The translations under genes and the position numbers were made by a program. Shown here piece by piece: positions 55,732-64,000 of a stretch of DNA of 64,000 nucleotides. The DNA lies in contig OX597817.1 of NCBI GenBank assembly GCA_951406725.2, positions 134,912,001 through 134,976,000 on the forward strand, written 5' to 3'. The number at the start of each line of letters is the position of its first letter. Position 1 is the stretch's first letter. Under the pieces are notes generated by a model, which worked only from the letters and a program-made list of their open reading frames with translations, searched no databases and was not told the DNA's origin. This stretch comes from Octopus vulgaris (Eukaryota).

Positions 55732-56689
55732 ATAGTAATAGTAGTAGTAGTAGTCAGGTCACTGCCTGGAATCGAATTCGGAATCTTGGTGTTAGTAGCC
55801 CGCGCTCTTAACCACTACGCCACGGGCATATGGCGTAGTGGTTAATTCCAATCGTAACCATTCCGCCATAATTTTCAACGCTGCAGAACTATCATCAAAA
55901 GCGTCCCCACCATGACCGAATGGTGCTTCTCCTAAGCATTGTTCATCTTGAACTACATAAATTCATAGGCTCTCTTCTTTTTTTATCACATAGTAGAGTG
56001 TAATTTGGGGAAGAGTTAGTTGTTATTTCTAGCAGGTCATGCGATCATCGTTATGGATACGTGTATGTTCCTGTTGGATACATCGATAACTCGTAATAAA
56101 TACAGCAATCAAAATAAAGAATTGTTTAAAAACTAACTTTATGGATAATTAAGCTTAGATTTGGTTTCTGTAATATTGACTCCGATCGATTGAAATCAAG
56201 CTAAATAAAACACGATTTCAATGGAATAAAACAGACTTGGTTGTGTTATTTAATACATTAAAAGTTTTGTCATCTGCGGTTGTGCAATGCATACATTAAT
56301 ACTTGGCTTGATACGAGTCAAAACCATAAATAAATGATACAGAAACGCAAAAGAAAATATAGTTTTAGACACGAAATTGGCCTCCAGTGATTATTTAAAG
56401 GTTTTTATTGTTCAAGAAATTTACAATATTAGACGAAAGACTGTTTCTAAAATTGGCGAGCTCTTGTACTTAAACTCATATACAATAACATAAATCGTTG
56501 TGTGTGTCTTCGATCAGTGAGGAACGAGCCAAGAAAATAATTGTGTACAAGTTCTGGGAAAACCCAAGTTGATATATTAGAATAGTCAGCATCTGTTTAA
56601 ACAACATGAAGAGCAATAACCCATTAAATTATTTGTTTCTAATCAAGACATATACTTTTATTAAGTTCACGTAGTTAAGAAGAATAAAG

Positions 56690-57070
56690 ACGGCGAACCG
56701 GCAGAATCGTTAGCACATTGGACGAAAATGCTTGACGGCATCCCTGGCAGGTCTTTGCGTTCGGTGTTCAAATTCAGTTTGACTGTCATCCCTTCAGGGT
56801 CGATAAAATAAAATATCAGTCAATATATATATATATATATATATATATATTTCTTTACTACCCAAAAGGGGTTAAACACAGAGGGTCAAACAAGGACAGA
56901 CAAAGGGATTAAGTCGATTACATCGACCCCAGTGCGTAGCTGGTACTTAATTTATCGACCTCGAAAGAATGAAAGGCAAAGTCGACCTCGGCGGAATTTG
57001 AACCCAGAACGTAACGGCAGACGAAAAACGGCTACGCATTTCGCCCGGCGTGCTAACGTTTCTGCCAACT
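56690..57070. mobile_element. Two convergent SINE family C copies around (TA)n
   Basis: 56690-56820 (+) and 56850-57070 (-); the latter matches 31765-31990. Confidence 0.8.
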
Positions 57071-57084
57071 CGTATGTATATATC

Positions 57085-57403
57085 ATGTCGTGGCACTCCA
57101 TCGGTTACGACAACAAGGAATCCAGTTGATCCGATCATCGGAACAGCTTGCTCGTGAAATTAACGTGCCAGTGGCTGAGTACTCCACAGACACGTGTAGC
57201 CTTAATGTAGTTCTCGGGGAGATTCAGAATGACACAGAGTGTCACAAGGCTAGCCCTTTGAAATACAAGTACAACAAAAACAGGAAGAAAGAGTGAGAGG
57301 AAGTTGTGATCAAAAAGTACAATAGGGTTCGCGAAAAACGGGAACGTGAAACTCTGAGTAACAGTTTTTGTGATATTTTTCTGCTTTTTAATAGTAAAAT
57401 ATG

Positions 57404-57456
<53 letters not shown>

Positions 57457-57476
57457 ATATATATATATGTGTGTGT

Positions 57477-57519
<43 letters not shown>

Positions 57520-57835
57520 TGTAGCATAGTGGTTAGGGATATCTGGTTCACGGTCTTAAGGTCGAGAGTTCGAAATCCGGCAACGCGTAGTGTACTGAAG
57601 CAAAGCACTATTTTACCTTGCTCCTGTCAAACAATTTGGCAAAAATGAGCTGTACCTGTATTTGAAAGGGGCCAGCGCCTTCTCCCGTCCTATGTCACGC
57701 TGAATCTCCCTGAGAGCTATGTTAAGGGCACACGCGCGTGTCTGTCAAGAGCTCAGCTACTTGCACATTAATTACACGAGCGGGCTGCTCCTTTGATCGA
57801 GTCAACCCGAATCTACGTCGTCGTAACCGACGCAG
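57085..57835. mobile_element. Two SINE family B copies (57085-57320 minus, 57520-57835 plus)
   Basis: Homology to 35557-35940. Confidence 0.75.
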
Positions 57836-57845
57836 TGGCGGTTAC

Positions 57846-57894
<49 letters not shown>

Positions 57895-58295
57895 TATACA
57901 TATATACATATGTATGTGTGTGTGTGTCTGTGTAGTGCATAATTGTGTGTGTGTGAGGGTGTGTGAATTGTACAACAGCCTGTCTGCTTGCACGTGCTCG
58001 CGTGCATGCCTTTGTGTGATTCTGTGTGATTCCAGATGAAATAATAAGGGAAAAATCTACAGAACAAGGATCCAAAGAGAACGTCGACAAGAGACGCAAA
58101 CTAAGCAGATAAACAGCAGAAGAGATTGATTCCTTCAATTACATTATTTATGCGGATTTACATATAATTCGATTTTCTTTATTACTAATTATTTTTCTCC
58201 TGTGATCTTATCTTTCATAAAATGGAGAAGTGCAGACGTAAAACCAACTTCAATGCAACATATACACGCAGAACACACACACACACACGTAAATA

Positions 58296-58333
<38 letters not shown>

Positions 58334-58421
58334 TGTGTACATAGTTATGTATATGTGTGTGAGTGTGTGTATAGATATATTTATAGATGCATACATATAT
58401 ATATATATGTGTGTATATATG

Positions 58422-58453
<32 letters not shown>

Positions 58454-59076
58454 CATATACATACATGCATATATATATACACACGATCGCACACGCGCGC
58501 ACACACACAAACACATATAAACATACAGAAGGAGAAACGTAGATTGATATATAAACAGATATGTAGATACCTAAATACATATATACCTAGATATATATAT
58601 TCATATATATGTAGGTACAAATGTAAGTAAATGCATACGTATAAATGTATATATTCATATACATATATATTGTATATATGTATATAGTGTATATACATAT
58701 ATATATATGCGTGTGTACATAATTATGTATATATGTGTGTGTGTGTGTGCATATAAATATATGTATGTATATAGATATGTATTTATAGATGCATACATAT
58801 ATATGTGTGTACGTGTATATGTGTATATATATATATACACATATATACATATATGTATATATATATGTATATATATATACATATACATACATACATATAT
58901 ATATATATACGCACACGCACGCACACGCACACGCACACACACATATAATCATACAAAAGGGGAAAAGTAGATTTATACATTCATATACATATATACAGTA
59001 TATATACATATAGTGTATATACATACATATATATGCATACATAAATAAAGCTATATATATATGTATGTATATACAC

Positions 59077-59122
<46 letters not shown>

Positions 59123-59280
59123 TCTCTCTGTGTAGCTATATGTATATAATTTTGTCTCGTGATATGAGTTTCACGCGACTCTTATACATACGTAATTTAC
59201 ACAAGTGAACACGTGGAAATGTTTCACTCTTGTATATGCGTATATGTATAAATATACATACAATCATATATATATATGTA

Positions 59281-59817
59281 AAGTATAAAAGCCATCTCAA
59301 TATGGCTAACCACAAATGGGGGGTGTTACTGTAGCTTTTTAGCCCCAGGAGATCATCGTCTCCAGCTGGCTTTAGACACACTTTCTGTGCACTTAAGGTA
59401 TTTGCAAAGGGAAGCCATCCCTTTCTCGTAAGCCTGAGTGATACGCACCGGACCGCGGTTTCGAGATTATTGTCTCTTATCAACGGGCGGTAATCACCAG
59501 ATCACGATGAAAGACAAGGCCTGTTTGCGAATATATAAGAGTTTTTCTTGTGACGTCTGCCACTGATTTCGAAAAACTGACTGCAAGCATTATTAAATCT
59601 CAGAACGAGATGTAAACAGTAATCGCTAGAAAAACAGTAGTCACTTAAGGGCACAGAAAGTGTGTCTAAAGCCAGCTGGAGACGATGATCTCCTGGGGCT
59701 AAAAAGCTACAGTAACACCCCCCCCCCACCTTTGTGGTTAGCCATATTGAGATGGCTTTTATACTTAACATTGTCGAGCGATTACTGTTTACATCTCGTT
59801 CTGAGATTTAATAATGC
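59281..59817. repeat. Interleaved inverted repeats A-X-B-A'-B'
   Basis: A 59281-59397 matches the reverse complement of 59644-59766; B 59587-59627 matches the reverse complement of 59777-59817. Confidence 0.93.
59438..59497 (-). ncRNA. Type-I hammerhead ribozyme, U3:A8 core variant, extended stem I
   Basis: Minus strand: GTGAT-TAC-CGC-CCG-TTGATAA-GAGA-CAATAA-TCTC-GAAAC-CGCG-GTC-CGG-T-GCG-T-ATCAC. Confidence 0.8.
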
Positions 59818-60009
59818 CATATATATATATATATATATACTAATAATATCTTATTATAACTCTACATAAAATCAAAAATAAGACAGACCGATAGATATAT
59901 AGATAGAATAATAGAGAGAGAGGGGGCGAGAAAGACAAACACATACATACACACATATATACATACATATATACACACATATGTATGTATGTACGTATAT
60001 ATGTATGTG

Positions 60010-60800
60010 TGACGAAGTGATGTAGGCAAAGGTATGAGGTCCGTCGCAACAGCCTTCGAATGTCGCATTGTATCACCCAGGCAACACCTGTCGAACAGAA
60101 GCGAAAGGACTGAGTACATTCCATGAATACTGAAAAGTGAGAGCAACAACATCTTCAGAGTTGGAGAAGAATAACTGTGCACATACTCTCAGAATAGAAC
60201 TGTCTCATGCAACCCAAAGGAAGCTGGACTGGTCCTCCTAAACAGAAGCTTAGACGAGAAGCGGACGCCATACCAACAAAAAGCAATGCATAGGTACATA
60301 TCCTATGTCATAGGACAACAACAGCATTGACAAGAAGAATAGCATCCCCTGGACCTACGATAGATACTTTATATCTAACCTAGAAGGATATGCCTTCAAT
60401 ATCCAGGAACAGGGGATAGCTACTAAATACCTGTTAAACAAAAGGGATAAAGATACCACCAAACCTCTATGATAGACAATTACGTCTCTGCTATACCAGA
60501 GTGGAAGATATCATTCATATCATCATCAGCAGCAGCTGTCTCAAAATGTCTACGAGATATTACCTGCTCCTGAGAGATAATATAGTTGATGCCCTGACAT
60601 GTAGTCAAAGATATGTCAGAACCTTTTAAAAACAAAGAATACTGGCAGAAGACCCCAATAAAAACATCAATTCCGTGTAAACATAACACACCAGATGCTG
60701 TGCAGTGGTACAGGAAACGAAAGTCAGCAGCTGTGGAGGTACAATCAAAAGTCCAGAAGAATGGGAACATTTATGGCCAATTAAGGCCGAACTTACAGCA
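60010..60800 (+). mobile_element. Decayed RLE-type LINE fragment
   Basis: LEGYAFNIQEQGIATKYLLNKRD, EDIIH and SRYYL..RHVV segments resemble the pre-knuckle region of RLE LINEs. Confidence 0.55.
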
Positions 60801-60899
60801 CTTGCGCCCTCACCATGAATTCTCATTTGTATCCATCTTTACAAGTTTATTAGGTTATATACCAACAAATTTGCACAAACACCTATACGTATATGCATG

Positions 60900-61480
60900 T
60901 GTGTTGTTTTGTGTGTGTATTTGTGTCCCACCACCGCTGGACAACCGGTGTTGGTGTATTTACGTCCTGTAAGTTAGCGGTTCGACAAAATTGACCGAGC
61001 GAAGAAGCAGCAAGTACTGGTGTTGATTCCTTCGACTACAAGTTCTTCAGGGCGGTGCCCCAGCATGGCAACAGACTAATGACTGAAACAAATAAAAGAA
61101 AAGACACATATCTACTGTAGGCGCATGCGTGGCTGTATGGGATGTAGCTTGCCTCCCAGCCACGTGGTTCTGGGTTCAGTCCCACTGCGTGGCAACTTGG
61201 GCAAGTGCCTTGGGCCGAACAAAGCCTTGTGAGTGGATTTTGTAGACAGAAACTGAAAGAAGCCCGTCGTATATATCTATCTATGTATACGTTTGTGCGT
61301 CTGTGTTTGCCCCCCCCCCCCCACACCCGCCTTCACCGGACAACTGATGTTGGTGTATTTATGTCCCCGTAACTTAGTGGTTCGGCAAAAGGAAACCGAT
61401 AGAATAAATACTAGGCTTGCAAAGAATAAGTCCTGGGGTTAATTCGTTCAAATAACTGAAACAAGTACAAGCGTAAAAGA
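60900..61480 (+). mobile_element. SINE family A: 3' half followed by a full copy
   Basis: Homology to 2147-2553. Confidence 0.85.
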
Positions 61481-62399
61481 GTGTACCCTATATCGCCCGG
61501 CTTTTATGGCCCTCGAGGACATTTTGCTACTTTCATTAAATCTCCGAATTCCTAAAAACATCGACGCACTTAACCGCCATGCTCCTCCACACTTGCCACT
61601 AATTTAATTTAACCCTAGGCACCCGAGTTTCTCTGCACTTTTGTAAATTTCCCACCGATTAATGATTTATTCCTCCATTTCCTAAGCACCGATGTTTTCT
61701 TACCATATTCAAGTTAGCAATTTGCCCTCAGGAGTCCTGTTTTCAAAACTTATTCTAAGCTCTATCTTCTTGATGTTCCCACCCCCACCCAGCACCATTT
61801 ACTTATCTTCTTGATTTCCTTTTCTTTCAACTCATTTCCCCCAATCCATAAATACAACAACACAGACATGCATACGCATAAACTCTAAGTTTGTGAGAGG
61901 TGGGGAGGGGCGAGGATGATGTTGATGACGATGACGACGACGATAACAATGATGATGATAATGATGATGATGATGATGATGATGATGGGGGGGGGGGTGA
62001 TTAGAAGCAGAAGCAGAAATAGAAGAAGAAGAAGAAGAAAAAGAAGAAGAAGAAAAACAAAAACAACAAAAGCAACAAGTAGTGCTATAAAGAATGAGAA
62101 AAAAACGAAATTTGGAAATACAAGAGAAAGAAGAAAAAAAGATAGGAAAAATACTTTCGGGGAAAATATTAGGAATGAAAATATAAAGGAATGAGAGAAT
62201 TGAGGAGAGGAAGAAAGGAAAATTGTAAATAAAAGAGAGAGAAGTGCAAGAAAAGGTGCGAGAGAGTGAGAGATAAAGAGAGAGGGGGAGGGGAAAAGGG
62301 AGAGGAGATATGAATACATTATAATAAAACTAAATGACTACGAAAGAAGAAAAAAGGTAGCGAAATACAGACATTGCCAGGTAATGTAACTGTCTGCAC

Positions 62400-63470
62400 T
62401 AAAGGCAAGAAAATGATAGGAAAGATGTGGAGAACAGCATCTGACTACAAGGTAGACATCGTGGGGGGGATGACGTCTAGAAAAATACAGAGTTTCATAA
62501 TATGATGCCGGGATTCCGGAGGACAAACAAAGATTTTCGTATCGGGTTTTTGTCTCAAATATCAAAGGCTTCTCAACTTACTGTGCACCGCAGTGAATAT
62601 GATTCTGTTCAGCTTGTGGTTAAATTACTCAGAGCTATAGTTCAAAATGCTGACTCACATACTCAGGCGATGCTACCTTTATTTATTTATTTATTTATTT
62701 ATTTATTTGTTGGTTTGTTTGTTAGTTTAGTTTTTTATTTGTTTGTTTATTATCTATTCTCAATTCTGGCATACGTTAAACTGACAAACCCTTCCACAAA
62801 AAAGACGTTAACAATCTTCTGGCAAAACACGCCCAGATTGTTCATTTTTGTGCAAATATTGTATTGAGTCAAATCTTCTGCAATATTTTGGTAAGTTGTC
62901 TGCCTTATTAGTCAAGTTGCATGAAAAGCAGCCTAGCTCCAGACTATTTGCTGAGTGTCGATCACTTCGATTCTTTCAAATTCCTGGAGTTTATTCTAAG
63001 TCGTTCGATCAGTATTATATCTTGCATTGTCTAGTTGCAGAAAGGCTCGCTCTCTATTCAACAATGCCAGGTATTTTGGCCGCACGATGGCATACATTCG
63101 CTGCAGTTGTTCGGAACACAGGTTGGTATCGATGGTTCGACCGTCCGGAACGAACTCGTTCTGAAATTATTTCCTCATTACTCCAGCTTTGGCGACAAGT
63201 TCCCGAAGCTGGTCCTTGCTTAACCACTGCTTATGCTCGTTAGGATTATGGAGAAATATCTCTCCCGGATTATTACTTGTTCCGATCACTGGTTCAATCC
63301 CTCTGCCTGCAACGCTTCATCAACCGTGAGAGGAGGTGGAAGCTTCAATGAAGGAGTTCTTTACCTCGAAGAACAAGAATTTGTATCAGTGTGGAATCAA
63401 AGAATTGGCAGAATGGTTGCATGGAACGGTGCAACACGATGGCCTCTACTTTGAATTCTAGACTGATTTA
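62400..63470 (+). pseudogene. Decayed mariner transposase
   Basis: FNNARYF resembles HDNARPH; ISLPDYYLFRSL resembles DLAPSDYHLFRSL; SKNKNLYQCGIKELAEW...QHDGLYFEF* resembles the mariner C-terminus. Confidence 0.7.
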
Positions 63471-64000
63471 GTTCTAACTTGAAGAATAAAGCAAATCAGT
63501 TGCCAAAATATTGCAAAACTTTTGACTCAACACAATATCTCTACGTGAGTGTATGGAGAAGAGAAACCAGCAGGCAAAAAGAGACTTACCAAACTCTCTA
63601 ATGTGTATTCTGCATTAATTCTATATAAGGAAATATTCCAAGTATTTCTCTAAAACAATTTGAAATACCTAGAGATAGCACTAATTTTTAACTTAATTTG
63701 GTTTTATTAGATCCGATACAATCAGCGGCGCGTATGCTCTCTAGTAGTGTAGACTTGGTAATTACTGAACACTTAACTCGCCATGCAGCAGATAATATCA
63801 TTCTTTATTTTAAAAATGTATTTAATCGATGTAACGTTTTATAAACAATACGAGAGAACAATCGTGGTTTTCAAAGCACACCACAGCAGGTAAAGACGAA
63901 CAAGGCCGAAATCGTAATGCATAAGGTTCTCGAACAGCTTGCTCCCGTCAGGTTAGATAACAGTAAATAGTTTTTCGAGCAGAGAGTACGGTTAGAAATA

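Overview
AT-rich, microsatellite-saturated eukaryotic DNA. The SINE, LINE and simple-repeat make-up resembles an octopus/cephalopod genome, but that is an inference and was not checked by any search. I found no intact host gene; most ORFs in the supplied track are translations of microsatellites. The window is a graveyard of mobile elements: at least three tRNA-derived SINE families (about 25 copies), a CR1/L2-type LINE remnant, several restriction-like-endonuclease (R4/Dong/Hero-type) LINE fragments sitting in trinucleotide repeats, a decayed Ty3/Gypsy element with one LTR, mariner remnants, Tc1 and hAT MITEs, an ORF1-only Tx1/L1-like element, and a Penelope-like (Naiad-type) GIY-YIG remnant. 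The most striking unexplained signal is about a dozen type-I hammerhead-ribozyme motifs. They lie in short, often highly structured elements inserted into (TA)n, (TG)n or (TAA)n repeats. Two carry a compensatory U3:A8 core, and one lies in a ~357-nt unit whose inverted partial copy is circularly permuted, as expected for a retrozyme or Penelope pseudo-LTR. All coordinates were counted by eye, and boundaries of decayed elements are approximate.
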